In this document: in pieces, positions 52,225 through 62,170 of the stretch
How the letters are laid out: the number at the start of each line of letters is the position of its first letter
How positions within the stretch are numbered: position 1 is the first letter of the stretch
NCBI GenBank assembly: GCA_038227875.1
Contig: JBBRPR010000002.1
Span: 192,001 to 256,000, forward strand
Direction: 5' to 3'
DNA from: Planctomycetota bacterium
GTDB taxonomy: Bacteria; Planctomycetota; SZUA-567; H5-PLA8
DNA: 64,000 bases
The notes under the pieces: model-generated
What the model was told of the DNA's origin: nothing
Databases searched by the model: none
Seen by the model: only the letters and a program-made list of their open reading frames with translations
Made by a program: the position numbers and the translations under genes

Positions 52225-55200
52225 ATGTCGATCCGCGTCGCTCTAAACCACCGTACTGAGTACAAATTTGACCGCTTTGTAACTTTGTCGCCACATACGG
52301 TCCGACTTTCACCAGCCCCGCATGCGCGGACACCGATTTTGAGCCGGTCGCTGTCGATCAAGCCGACGAAGCATTTCATCAACATTCAACAGGACCCGTA
52401 CAGCAACTATCTGGCGCGGATCGTATTTCCCGAGCCTGCGAAAGAATTGGTCATTGATGTCAGCATCATTGCGCAAATGGTGGTGATCAATCCGTTCGAT
52501 TTCTTCGTGGAAGAGTACGCCGAAAATTACCCGTTCACCTACGAGAAGGTGCTCGAACGCGAACTGAAGCCGTTCCTCGAAACCGAACCCCCGACGCCCA
52601 AACTGGCCGCCTTGCTGGAAACGATTCCGCGTCAGAAAAAACGCACGATCAATTTCATCGTCGACATCAATCAGCTGCTCCAGAAGGAGATCCAATACCT
52701 GATCCGCCTGGAACCCGGGGTCCAGGCGTGCGAAGAAACCCTGATGCTCAAATCCGGCTCCTGCCGCGATTCGGCGTGGCTGATGGTGCAGGTCCTGCGC
52801 AACCTGGGGATCGCCGCGCGGTTTGTATCGGGTTACTTGATCCAGCTTACGCAGGACATCAAGTCGCTGGATGGTCCCAGCGGTTCCGCGACGGACTTCA
52901 CCGATCTTCACGCCTGGACGGAAGCGTACCTTCCCGGCGCCGGCTGGGTCGGCTTCGATCCGACCTCGGGCTTGCTCGCGGGCGAAGGACATATCCCGCT
53001 GGCGTGCACGGCCGAACCGTCGAGCGCCGCCCCGGTCTCGGGCGCGGTCGACAAATGCGAATCGGAAATGCATGTGTCGATGACCGTCACGCGCATTCAC
53101 GAAGCGCCGCGCGTGACCAAGCCGTATCCAGAGGAGATCTGGACGGCCATTGACGCGTTGGGAATCAAAGTCGAGTCGGATCTTAAAGAACAGGACGTGC
53201 GCCTGACGATGGGCGGCGAGCCGACGTTTGTGGGCATCGACAATACCGACAACGACGAATGGAACACCGCCGCCGTTGGACCGACCAAGCGCTTCATCGC
53301 CGGAAATCTGATCAAGCGGCTGCGCAGCCGTTTCGCGCCGGGCGGTCTGCTGCATTACGGACAGGGCAAGTGGTATCCCGGCGAATCGCTGCCGCGTTGG
53401 GCGCTGGGCTGTTACTGGCGCAAGGACGGCGAACCGATCTGGAACGATCCGGAGCTGATCGCCAAGGAAGATGCGAACGAAGGTTTCGACGCCGCGCGCG
53501 CATCGCACTTTATCCGCGAGCTGGCGCAGCGGCTGGATGTCGACCCGGCCTGTTCGATTCCCGGCTACGAAGACGTCTGGCAGTACATGCTCGCCGAACG
53601 CCGCCTGCCGGCGAACGTCGATCCGCTCGACAATCGTCTTGACGATCCCGAGACGCGCAAACGACTCAGCAAGGTTTTCGATCAGGGACTCGAAAAAATC
53701 ATCGGCTACGCGCTGCCGCTGGAACGGCGCTACTTCAACGACAGCACGCGCTGGGCGACGGGACGCTGGTTCTTCCGGCGCGAGCACCTTTACCTGATCC
53801 CCGGCGATTCGCCGATGGGATTCCGCTTGCCGCTGGATTCGCATCCGTGGTCGCCGAAAGACGAGCGCGCGATCTATCCGCTCGATCCGCTCGCCGCCGC
53901 TCGGGAAGCGCTGCCGCCGTTCGCGAACTTGCGTCCGGGCGCCCAATTCATTCCCGGCGCGCACCTGCACCCGGGCCAACGCGCCGTGGTTGCCAACAAT
54001 CCGCGCGAATGGGCCGCGCAGCGCCTGTTCTGGCCGCGCAACGCGGGGAAACCGTACTCGGGTGCCGCGCCCGTGCCGCCGTTGCGTTCGCCAATTCCCG
54101 ATAAGAAACGCGAGCCGCAGCAGTTCGACGTGATCCGCACGGCGCTGTGTGTGGAACCGCGCAACGGCCATCTCTACATCTTCATGCCGCCGCAGCGTTA
54201 CTTGGAGGATTACCTGATCCTCGCCGCCGCGATTGAAGACACGGCCCGCGAACTGGGCACGCCGGTGGTGATCGAAGGGTACACCCCGCCGGACGACGCG
54301 CGGCTCAACGCGATTAAGGTCACGCCTGATCCGGGCGTAATTGAAGTCAACATTCACCCGGCGACGTCGTGGCAGGATCTCTCGAAGAACACGGAGATTC
54401 TCTACGCCGAAGCGCACCAGTCGCGCCTGCAGGCGGTGAAGTACATGATCGATGGCCGCCAGACCGGCACCGGCGGCGGCAATCACATTGTCATCGGTGG
54501 CGGCACGCCCGAAGACAGTCCGATTCTGCGCCGGCCCGATGTGCTGAAATCGCTGATCGCCTTCTGGCACAACCATCCGGCGCTGTCGTATTTGTTCTCG
54601 GGCATGTTCATCGGTCCGACCAGCCAGCATCCGCGCATCGACGAAGCGCGCCACGATTCGCTCTATGAGCTGGAGATCGCGTTCAAGAATATTCCCGACG
54701 GTGGCAACGTTCCGCCGTGGCTGGTCGACCGGACGCTGCGCAATCTGCTCATTGATTGCACCGGCAACACGCACCGCACGGAATTCTGCATCGACAAACT
54801 CTACTCGCCGGATACAGCCAGCGGACGCCTGGGCCTGGTCGAAATCCGCTCCTTTGAAATGCCGCCGCACGAACGCATGAGCCTCGCGCAGCAGCTGCTG
54901 ATTCGCGGCATGCTCTCCACATTCTGGAAGACGCCGTACAAGCAGAAGCTGGCGCGCTGGGGCACGGAACTGCACGACCGTTTCATGCTGCCGCATTTCG
55001 TGAAGCAGGATTTCCAGGACGCGCTGCTGGAACTCAACGACCGCGGACTGCCGTTCTCGATGGACTGGTTCCTGCCGCACTTCGAATTCCGCTTCCCGGA
55101 ACTTGGCGCTTTCGCGCAGCAGGGCATTCACGTCGAACTGCGCGCGGCGCTTGAGCCGTGGCACGTGCTGGGTGAAGAAAACAGCCCGGGCGGCGTGGCT

Positions 55201-55638
55201 CGGTACGTCGATTCGTCCGTGGAACGTCTGCAGGTGAAAGTCAAAGGCATGACCGACACGCGACATTCCGTGGTCTGCAACGGACACGCGCTGCCGCTCC
55301 ATCCGACGGGAACCAACGGCGAATTCGTCGCCGGTGTGCGCTACCGCGCGTGGCAGCCGCCAAGTTGCCTGCACCCGACGATCCCGATCGATTCGCCACT
55401 GGCGTTTGATCTCTACGACAGCTGGAACAAACGCATGGTCGGCGGTTGCACGTACCACGTTGTCCATCCCGGCGGCCTCAGTTACGAGACGCTGCCGATC
55501 AACGCCAACTCCGCCGAAGCGCGCCGCATTGGACGATTCTCCATTATCCGCCAGAGGCCCGGCGCCATGGAGGTGACGGAGCCCGAGCGCAATCCGGAAT
55601 TCCCGTTCACTCTCGATCTCAGAAAAACGATGAAATAA
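52225..55638 (+). CDS. Transglutaminase-like plus DUF2126 (amidoligase-like) protein
   Basis: GSCRDSAWL, ARFVSGY, DLHAWTEAYLPGAGWVGFDPT, LTMGGEPTF, TPDPGVIEVN, GTGGGNH. Confidence 0.92.
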   Translation: MSIRVALNHRTEYKFDRFVTLSPHTVRLSPAPHARTPILSRSLSIKPTKHFINIQQDPYSNYLARIVFPEPAKELVIDVSIIAQMVVINPFDFFVEEYAENYPFTYEKVLERELKPFLETEPPTPKLAALLETIPRQKKRTINFIVDINQLLQKEIQYLIRLEPGVQACEETLMLKSGSCRDSAWLMVQVLRNLGIAARFVSGYLIQLTQDIKSLDGPSGSATDFTDLHAWTEAYLPGAGWVGFDPTSGLLAGEGHIPLACTAEPSSAAPVSGAVDKCESEMHVSMTVTRIHEAPRVTKPYPEEIWTAIDALGIKVESDLKEQDVRLTMGGEPTFVGIDNTDNDEWNTAAVGPTKRFIAGNLIKRLRSRFAPGGLLHYGQGKWYPGESLPRWALGCYWRKDGEPIWNDPELIAKEDANEGFDAARASHFIRELAQRLDVDPACSIPGYEDVWQYMLAERRLPANVDPLDNRLDDPETRKRLSKVFDQGLEKIIGYALPLERRYFNDSTRWATGRWFFRREHLYLIPGDSPMGFRLPLDSHPWSPKDERAIYPLDPLAAAREALPPFANLRPGAQFIPGAHLHPGQRAVVANNPREWAAQRLFWPRNAGKPYSGAAPVPPLRSPIPDKKREPQQFDVIRTALCVEPRNGHLYIFMPPQRYLEDYLILAAAIEDTARELGTPVVIEGYTPPDDARLNAIKVTPDPGVIEVNIHPATSWQDLSKNTEILYAEAHQSRLQAVKYMIDGRQTGTGGGNHIVIGGGTPEDSPILRRPDVLKSLIAFWHNHPALSYLFSGMFIGPTSQHPRIDEARHDSLYELEIAFKNIPDGGNVPPWLVDRTLRNLLIDCTGNTHRTEFCIDKLYSPDTASGRLGLVEIRSFEMPPHERMSLAQQLLIRGMLSTFWKTPYKQKLARWGTELHDRFMLPHFVKQDFQDALLELNDRGLPFSMDWFLPHFEFRFPELGAFAQQGIHVELRAALEPWHVLGEENSPGGVARYVDSSVERLQVKVKGMTDTRHSVVCNGHALPLHPTGTNGEFVAGVRYRAWQPPSCLHPTIPIDSPLAFDLYDSWNKRMVGGCTYHVVHPGGLSYETLPINANSAEARRIGRFSIIRQRPGAMEVTEPERNPEFPFTLDLRKTMK

Positions 55639-55836
55639 TTTACTCCGCGCCGACAAATCGCTACAATACGTGTTCGGCGCTGGGGGGCGCATAGCAGCCC
55701 GTTGATAAACCTAAGGCCTGCGCCGTGAAACGCGTACTGCCAGGCGTTTCACGGAGAAGTTTGGCGGACTTTACTTTTTCAACGGGCTGTAAGCAGAGCT
55801 TTGACCGGCGGCGCCGGTTGAAGTTCAGGAAGAGCA

Positions 55837-58416
55837 ATGCAAGAACAGAGTCAGACGTCGCAAAATCCCAAGGACCCCGGCATTCCCAGTGCGCTCAGCG
55901 CGGAGTGGCGTGCCGACTATCATCCCGCCGCGGACGCTTATGATGAAGTTTATTCCGGACCCGGCACGTTCCGGCCGCATTGGGACACGTTCATCAAGCA
56001 GTTCGACACGCTGGGCGAACAGGAACTCAACCGCCGCTGGGAACAAGCGCGGCGCCTGATTCACGAAAACGGCGTCACCTACAACGTCTACGGCAATCCC
56101 CAGGGCATGAACCGCACGTGGGATCTCGACGCGCTACCGTTGCTGATTTCCGCCGAAGAATGGAAGCATCTCGAACGCGGCCTGGTTCAGCGCGCGACTC
56201 TGATCAACGAAATTCTGGCCGATCTGTACGGCGAACAGAAGCTGCTCCACAAGGGACTGCTGCCGCCGGAATTGATTTTCGCGCATCCCGGATTTTTGCG
56301 CGCCTGCCATCGCCTGCCTGTGCACAACCGCCAGCATCTGACGCTCTACTCCGTCGATATTGGCCGCGGCGCAGACGGACGTTTCCTGGCGATCGCCGAC
56401 CGGACGCAGTCGCCGGCTGGCGCTGGCTACGTGCTCGAAAACCGCATCGTTTTCTCGCGCATTTTTCCCGACGTTTTCAAAGCCTGTCACATTCAGCGCC
56501 TCGCGCTGTTCTTCCGGCGCATGCGCCAGACGCTCACTTCCCTGGCGCCGCACAACCGCGACAACCCGCGCATCGTGTTGCTCACGCCCGGACCTTTCAA
56601 CGAGACGTACTTCGAGCACGCGTACCTCGCGCGCTACCTGAACTACACGCTGGTTGAAGGCGGCGACCTGACCGTACGCGATGGGTGTCTTTACTGGAAG
56701 ACGCTGGGGGGGCTGCACCGCGTCGACGTGCTGTTGCGAAGACTCGATGACGACTTCTGCGATCCGCTGGAACTGCGTCCCGATTCCTCGCTGGGCGTCG
56801 CCGGGCTGGTGGAGGCGGTGCGCGCTGGCAATCTCGCCGTCGCCAATCCGCTTGGGACCGGGCTGCTGGAGACTCCGGCGCTCAACGCGTTCTTGCCGTC
56901 GCTCGCGCGCCATTTGCTCAACGACGATTTGATCCTGCCGACGGTCAGCACATTCTGGTGCGGCAAACCCGAATGGCTCAGCCATGTCGTCGCCAATATT
57001 CAGAAGATGGTGATCAAACCGACGTACCCCGGCACGGCCATCGAGCCGGTGTACTGCGGGCATCTGTCGGCTGACGAACGCAGCGCCCTGGTCAATGCCA
57101 TCAAGGCCAACCCGACTGCGTATGTGGCGCAGGAACAGGTCGCGCTTTCGACTGTTCCGGTCTGGCACGCCGGAAAACTGCAGCCGCGACAGGCGGCGCT
57201 GCGCACGTACCTCGTTGCCGCGGACAAAACGTTCGACCTGATGCCCGGCGGTCTCACGCAGATTCTACGCGAAGGCGAAACGCTGATGTTTTCGCTTCAG
57301 CACAGCAGCGGCAGCAAGGATACGTGGGTCCAGGCCAGCGGCCCGATCAGCGACTTTTCCATGCTGCAGCCCGCGGGGCAGAATCTGGCCATCAGCCGCG
57401 GCGGAAGCGATCTGCCTAGCCGCGTTGCGGACAATCTGTTCTGGCTGGGCCGTTATGTCGAGCGTGCTGAATCGATGGTCCGCCTGCTGCGCACGATCCT
57501 GGTGCGGCTCTCCGACAAATCCGTCTCGCTGGACGTCCACGAACTGCCGATCCTCATGTTTGCGTTCAAGCATCAGCGCCTGCGCGCCGAACACTTCAAT
57601 CCGGAAAAAAAGCGCGCCGTACAGGCCGACGAGCTTGGCGATGTGCTCAAGGAAACATTCAGCCCCGGCGGTCTGTACGAAACGCTGGGTCTGCTCCAGT
57701 CCGTCGCGCGGACCGTGCGCGACCGACTGTCCAACGATGCCTGGCGCGTGATCTTGAGCCTCGACGAATCCGTCTGGCCCAAGGGCCGCAACGAACGCAT
57801 TCACGAACAGATTGCGCGGCTGAATTTCATGCTCACCACGCTCGCCTCGTTTGGCGGACTGGCCAGCGAGAGCATGACGCGCGGGCAGGTCTGGCGTTTT
57901 GTCGACATGGGCCGGCGCCTGGAGCGCGCCATCAATCTCGCGCGCTTCGTCTGCAGTACAATGGTGAAATCGGATGTCGCCGAAGGTTCACTGCTGGAAG
58001 CTGTGCTTGAAGTCGCCGACAGCCTGATGACCTATCGGCGCCGTTATCTCGCGTCGCTGCAGCTGGCGCCCATTATCGATTTGCTGCTGATCGACCAGAC
58101 CAATCCGCGCTCAATGGCTTTCCAGTTGGAAGCGCTGGGCGAACACGTAAAGAATTTACCTGGAGACAGCCGCACACCCTTCTTTACGCAGCAGGAAAAA
58201 ATCGTCTTCGGTGCAACGGCGAGCCTCCGGCTGATTGATCTCGACGCCGTGTGCAAGCCTGCCGCCGAGACGGGTATCCGCCGCGATCTGGAAGCGCTGC
58301 TGGTGAAACTCGAAACCGACATGGGCAAGCTCTCCGACCTGATCACGCGCGATTACCTCAGCCACGCCCAGAGTTCGCGGCAGCTGGCGACTTTTTCACG
58401 TGAGGGCGCGTTTTGA
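55837..58416 (+). CDS. Circularly permuted type 2 ATP-grasp fused to alpha-E domain
   Basis: GVTYNVY, YFEHAYLARYL, MPGGL, SKDTWV, then SRVADNLFWLGRYVERAE and GRRLER. Confidence 0.92.
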   Translation: MQEQSQTSQNPKDPGIPSALSAEWRADYHPAADAYDEVYSGPGTFRPHWDTFIKQFDTLGEQELNRRWEQARRLIHENGVTYNVYGNPQGMNRTWDLDALPLLISAEEWKHLERGLVQRATLINEILADLYGEQKLLHKGLLPPELIFAHPGFLRACHRLPVHNRQHLTLYSVDIGRGADGRFLAIADRTQSPAGAGYVLENRIVFSRIFPDVFKACHIQRLALFFRRMRQTLTSLAPHNRDNPRIVLLTPGPFNETYFEHAYLARYLNYTLVEGGDLTVRDGCLYWKTLGGLHRVDVLLRRLDDDFCDPLELRPDSSLGVAGLVEAVRAGNLAVANPLGTGLLETPALNAFLPSLARHLLNDDLILPTVSTFWCGKPEWLSHVVANIQKMVIKPTYPGTAIEPVYCGHLSADERSALVNAIKANPTAYVAQEQVALSTVPVWHAGKLQPRQAALRTYLVAADKTFDLMPGGLTQILREGETLMFSLQHSSGSKDTWVQASGPISDFSMLQPAGQNLAISRGGSDLPSRVADNLFWLGRYVERAESMVRLLRTILVRLSDKSVSLDVHELPILMFAFKHQRLRAEHFNPEKKRAVQADELGDVLKETFSPGGLYETLGLLQSVARTVRDRLSNDAWRVILSLDESVWPKGRNERIHEQIARLNFMLTTLASFGGLASESMTRGQVWRFVDMGRRLERAINLARFVCSTMVKSDVAEGSLLEAVLEVADSLMTYRRRYLASLQLAPIIDLLLIDQTNPRSMAFQLEALGEHVKNLPGDSRTPFFTQQEKIVFGATASLRLIDLDAVCKPAAETGIRRDLEALLVKLETDMGKLSDLITRDYLSHAQSSRQLATFSREGAF

Positions 58417-59282
58417 AATACCGGATCCACCACCGCACCGCGTACGTGTACGCCGGCGGCGTGACACTCTGCCACAACATCCTGCACCTCAAGCCGCGCA
58501 AGACGCCACGTCAGACGTGCCTGTCGGCGAAGCTGTCGATTACGCCGGAACCGGCCGTGGTGCGAGAGTATCCCGACTACTTCGGCAACCTCATCACGTA
58601 TTTCTGCATCGAAGAACGCCACGAATCGCTCGACATCCTGGCGCAGAGCGAAGTCGAGGTCGCTGCGTTCACGCCCCCGCTGGTGGAATTCACGCCGCCG
58701 TGGGAGGACGTGCGCGATACGCTCAACTACAATGCGCCCGCGCATCTCGATGCCATTCAGTACAAGGTTCCATCCGATCACGTGATTCTCGACGAGACCG
58801 TCGCGGCCTACGCGCTGCAATCGTTCACGCCGCGACGGCCGATCCTCGCCGCCGCACAGGACCTGACGACGCGCATCCATCGCGATTTCAAATACGACAC
58901 GACCGCGACATCGATCAACACCGCGCCGCAGGAAGTGATGCGGATCCGCAAAGGCGTCTGTCAGGATTTCGCGCATCTGCAGATCGCGTGTTTCCGGGCG
59001 ATCGGGCTGGCGGCACGGTATGTCAGCGGCTATTTGCAGACGCGACCGGCCGGCGATCCACAGAAACTCGTCGGCGCCGATGCCTCGCACGCCTGGGTCG
59101 CGTTTTACTGTCCGGAATTTGGTTGGATTGATCTCGATCCCACGAATAACCTCGTCCCGTCGGAGCGCCACGTCACCGTAAGCTGGGGACGGGACTACGC
59201 GGATGTCAGTCCGGTAAAAGGGGTGATCATTGGCGGGGGACGGCATACGATCTCCGTTGGAGTGGATGTCGCTGCGATTTAA
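58413..59282 (+). CDS. Transglutaminase family protein
   Basis: GVCQDFAH, ARYVSGY, SHAW, DPTN, GRDYADVSP; TTG start overlaps the upstream stop. Confidence 0.92.
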   Translation: MKYRIHHRTAYVYAGGVTLCHNILHLKPRKTPRQTCLSAKLSITPEPAVVREYPDYFGNLITYFCIEERHESLDILAQSEVEVAAFTPPLVEFTPPWEDVRDTLNYNAPAHLDAIQYKVPSDHVILDETVAAYALQSFTPRRPILAAAQDLTTRIHRDFKYDTTATSINTAPQEVMRIRKGVCQDFAHLQIACFRAIGLAARYVSGYLQTRPAGDPQKLVGADASHAWVAFYCPEFGWIDLDPTNNLVPSERHVTVSWGRDYADVSPVKGVIIGGGRHTISVGVDVAAI

Positions 59283-59505
59283 GAGAGGTTTTTATTGCGG
59301 ATTTCGGATTGCGGATTTCGGATTAGATTGGCGTGCACTCAGGAGAAGTGATTCGTTTTTCAAGGACTGGAATACGTCACTGGGAGCAGGCATTGCCGAT
59401 CTAATCCTCAATGCTGTTGAATGCTGTTTCTGCTCGCAGTGTTTGGTTTTGTACAGAGTGGTGTAAAGAAGTCGAAAACACTCACGTGTGCGCCTCACGA
59501 TCAAC

Positions 59506-59520
59506 TGGCGCAGGATTTGC
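59506..59520 (+). promoter_or_regulatory. Candidate sigma54 promoter
   Basis: TGGCGCAGGATTTGC = GG-N10-GC with TTGC, 36 bp before the GTG at 59557. Confidence 0.6.
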
Positions 59521-59556
59521 CGCTGGTGTAATGCAATCATCTGTGGGGACATCTTT

Positions 59557-60987
59557 GTGAGTTTTTCGGCGTACCGGACCGACGGTTTTTACGATGAACT
59601 TTTTGAATCCGACGGGCGACCCCGCGCGACGGCGCAGATTCTCATTGACCGGCTCTCATCGCTAAGCGACCTTGAGATTGCGCGCCGCCAGCAGGACGCC
59701 GAAACCGCGTTCCTGCGAATGGGAATCACGTTCAACGTCTACGGCGACGGCGCCGGCACCGAAAAGATTTTCCCATTCGACCTGATTCCGCGCATCGTTG
59801 AAGCAAAAGAATGGGAGTGGATCGAACGCGGCCTCAAGCAGCGCATCCATGTCCTCAATCTCTTCATCAACGACATTTATCACGATCAGAAGATCATCAA
59901 AGATGGAGTCATTCCCGAAGAGATCATCAAGTCGGCGAAATCGTTCCGGCCACAGTGCCTGGGCCTGAAGCCGCCACGCGGCATCTGGTGTCATGTCACC
60001 GGTACTGATCTGGTGCGCAACGGTGACGGCACGGTTTACGTGCTGGAAGACAATCTGCGCTGCCCGTCGGGCGTCTCGTACGTGCTGGAAAACCGCCAGG
60101 TGATGAAGCGCACGTTCCCGCAGGTCTTCGAAAAGTCGCACGTTCGCCCGGTGGAGGATTATCCCAACCGCCTGCTCGACGCGCTCCATTACGTCTGCCC
60201 GAACATCGAAAATCCCTGCGCCGCGCTGATGACGCCGGGCATCTACAATTCCGCGTATTACGAACACGCGTTCCTCGCGCAGCAGATGGGCATCGAACTG
60301 GTCGAAGGCCGCGACCTGGTCGTCGCCGATGGTCAGTTGAATATGCGCACGACCAAGGGCCTGCGCCGGGTTGATGTACTCTACCGCCGCGTCGACGACG
60401 ATTTTCTCGACCCGGAAGCGTTCCGCGCCGATTCCATGCTCGGCGTCGCGGGTCTGATGGAAGTCTACAAATCCGGCCGCGTCGCGCTGGTCAATGCGCC
60501 GGGCACTGGCATCGCCGACGACAAGGTCATCTACGCCTATGTGCCGGCGATGATCAAGTACTACCTCAAAGAAGACCCGATCCTCTCCAACGTGCCCACG
60601 TACCTCTGCTGGGAAAAGAAAGACCGCGATCACACGCTGGCGAATCTCGAAAAGCTCGTCGTCAAAGCCGCCAACGAATCCGGCGGTTACGGCATGCTGA
60701 TTGGACCGAGCTCCACCGCCGCGCAGCGGGACGAATTCGCCGCCAAGATCAACGCCAATCCGCGCAATTACATCGCGCAGCCCACGCTCTCGCTCTCGCG
60801 CGTGCCGGTACTGGTCAATTCGAACTATGAAGGCCGGCATGTGGACTTGCGTCCGTACATCATTTACGGCAAAGATATTTACGTGCTTCCCGGCGGCCTG
60901 ACGCGCGTGGCGCTGAAAAAAGGTTCGCTGGTCGTGAATTCGTCACAGGGCGGTGGCAGCAAAGATACGTGGGTCCTCTTTCGATAG
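59557..60987 (+). CDS. Circularly permuted type 2 ATP-grasp protein
   Basis: [52 protein letters not shown]. Confidence 0.93.
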   Translation: MSFSAYRTDGFYDELFESDGRPRATAQILIDRLSSLSDLEIARRQQDAETAFLRMGITFNVYGDGAGTEKIFPFDLIPRIVEAKEWEWIERGLKQRIHVLNLFINDIYHDQKIIKDGVIPEEIIKSAKSFRPQCLGLKPPRGIWCHVTGTDLVRNGDGTVYVLEDNLRCPSGVSYVLENRQVMKRTFPQVFEKSHVRPVEDYPNRLLDALHYVCPNIENPCAALMTPGIYNSAYYEHAFLAQQMGIELVEGRDLVVADGQLNMRTTKGLRRVDVLYRRVDDDFLDPEAFRADSMLGVAGLMEVYKSGRVALVNAPGTGIADDKVIYAYVPAMIKYYLKEDPILSNVPTYLCWEKKDRDHTLANLEKLVVKAANESGGYGMLIGPSSTAAQRDEFAAKINANPRNYIAQPTLSLSRVPVLVNSNYEGRHVDLRPYIIYGKDIYVLPGGLTRVALKKGSLVVNSSQGGGSKDTWVLFR

Positions 60988-60994
60988 GTTTTGA

Positions 60995-62017
60995 ATGCTC
61001 AGCCGCGTTGCCGACTCTATTTTCTGGATGAACCGCTACATCGAACGCGCCGAGAACGTGGCGCGCTTCATCGACGTGAACTGGCACCTGATGCTCGATT
61101 CCGATGGCAGTGCCGCCGACGATCAGTGGCTGGCGTTGGTCAACACCACGGGGGATCACGCCGAATTCGCCAAGCACTACGACAAAGTCACCCGCGACAA
61201 CGTCATCAAGTTCCTGAGCTTTGACGAGAACAACGGAAATTCGATTCTCCGCTGCGTCCGCGCCGCGCGCGAAAATGCGCGCACCGTTCGCGATGTCATT
61301 TCGTCCGAAATGTGGGAGCAGATCAACACGTTCCATTTAATGGTGCGTGAAGCCAGTGCCTCCGGTAAGGCCCTAGAATCGCCGCACGAATTTTTCAACC
61401 AGGTCAAGAACGCCAGCCATCTGTTCCTTGGAATTACCGACACGACCATGTCGCACGGCGAAGGTTGGAACTTCGCGCGGCTGGGCCAGATGATCGAGCG
61501 CTGCGACAAGACCTCGCGCATTCTCGACGTCAAATACAACATGCTCAACGCCCGCAACACTGCCGACGCCGACGCGATCCAGTGGGCCGCGATTTTGAAA
61601 TCCGCCAGCGCGCTGGAAATGTACCGCAAGACGCACCGCCGCATCACGCCCGAGCGCGTGGTCGAATTCCTGATGTTCGATTTCGAATTTCCGCGCGCCG
61701 TGCTTTTCTGCCTCGCCGCCGCCGACCATGCGTTGCACAGCATCACGCACACGCCGCAGGGACAGGCGAAGATGCCCGCCGAGCAGCTCATGAGCGAACT
61801 TTACCGTGACCTGACGACGACCACGGTGAGCGACGTTCTAGCTTCCGGACTGCATCAGTATGTCGACGCGCTGCAGACGCGCCTGAATCAAGTCGGCATC
61901 GCCATCGACAACGATTTCTTCTCGTCAGAAGAAACGTTGCCGGTCAAGAAGTCGACGCAGATTCTGACTCAGACTCAGACCCAAGGCGCCAGCGTACAGA
62001 CCCAGAAGCAAGGCTGA
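60995..62017 (+). CDS. Alpha-E domain protein
   Basis: MLSRVADSIFWMNRYIERAEN, ARENAR, IERCDKTSRILDVKY, FPRAV. Confidence 0.93.
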   Translation: MLSRVADSIFWMNRYIERAENVARFIDVNWHLMLDSDGSAADDQWLALVNTTGDHAEFAKHYDKVTRDNVIKFLSFDENNGNSILRCVRAARENARTVRDVISSEMWEQINTFHLMVREASASGKALESPHEFFNQVKNASHLFLGITDTTMSHGEGWNFARLGQMIERCDKTSRILDVKYNMLNARNTADADAIQWAAILKSASALEMYRKTHRRITPERVVEFLMFDFEFPRAVLFCLAAADHALHSITHTPQGQAKMPAEQLMSELYRDLTTTTVSDVLASGLHQYVDALQTRLNQVGIAIDNDFFSSEETLPVKKSTQILTQTQTQGASVQTQKQG

Positions 62018-62170
62018 GCCGCACCCGTTCATCATTCATAATTCATAGATCATCGTTATCCGTTCTGTGAACACGTGCAGCAGGTTCTTCCGAACTCTGC
62101 TGTTTTCGCGTGAAAGATTCCTGCACGCCGTCCGTTCAGTACACAGACCCGACGATGCGAGGAATTTTGT

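Noticed and set aside
52309..55692. 1127-aa minus-strand ORF
   Set aside because: Antisense shadow of the transglutaminase/DUF2126 gene
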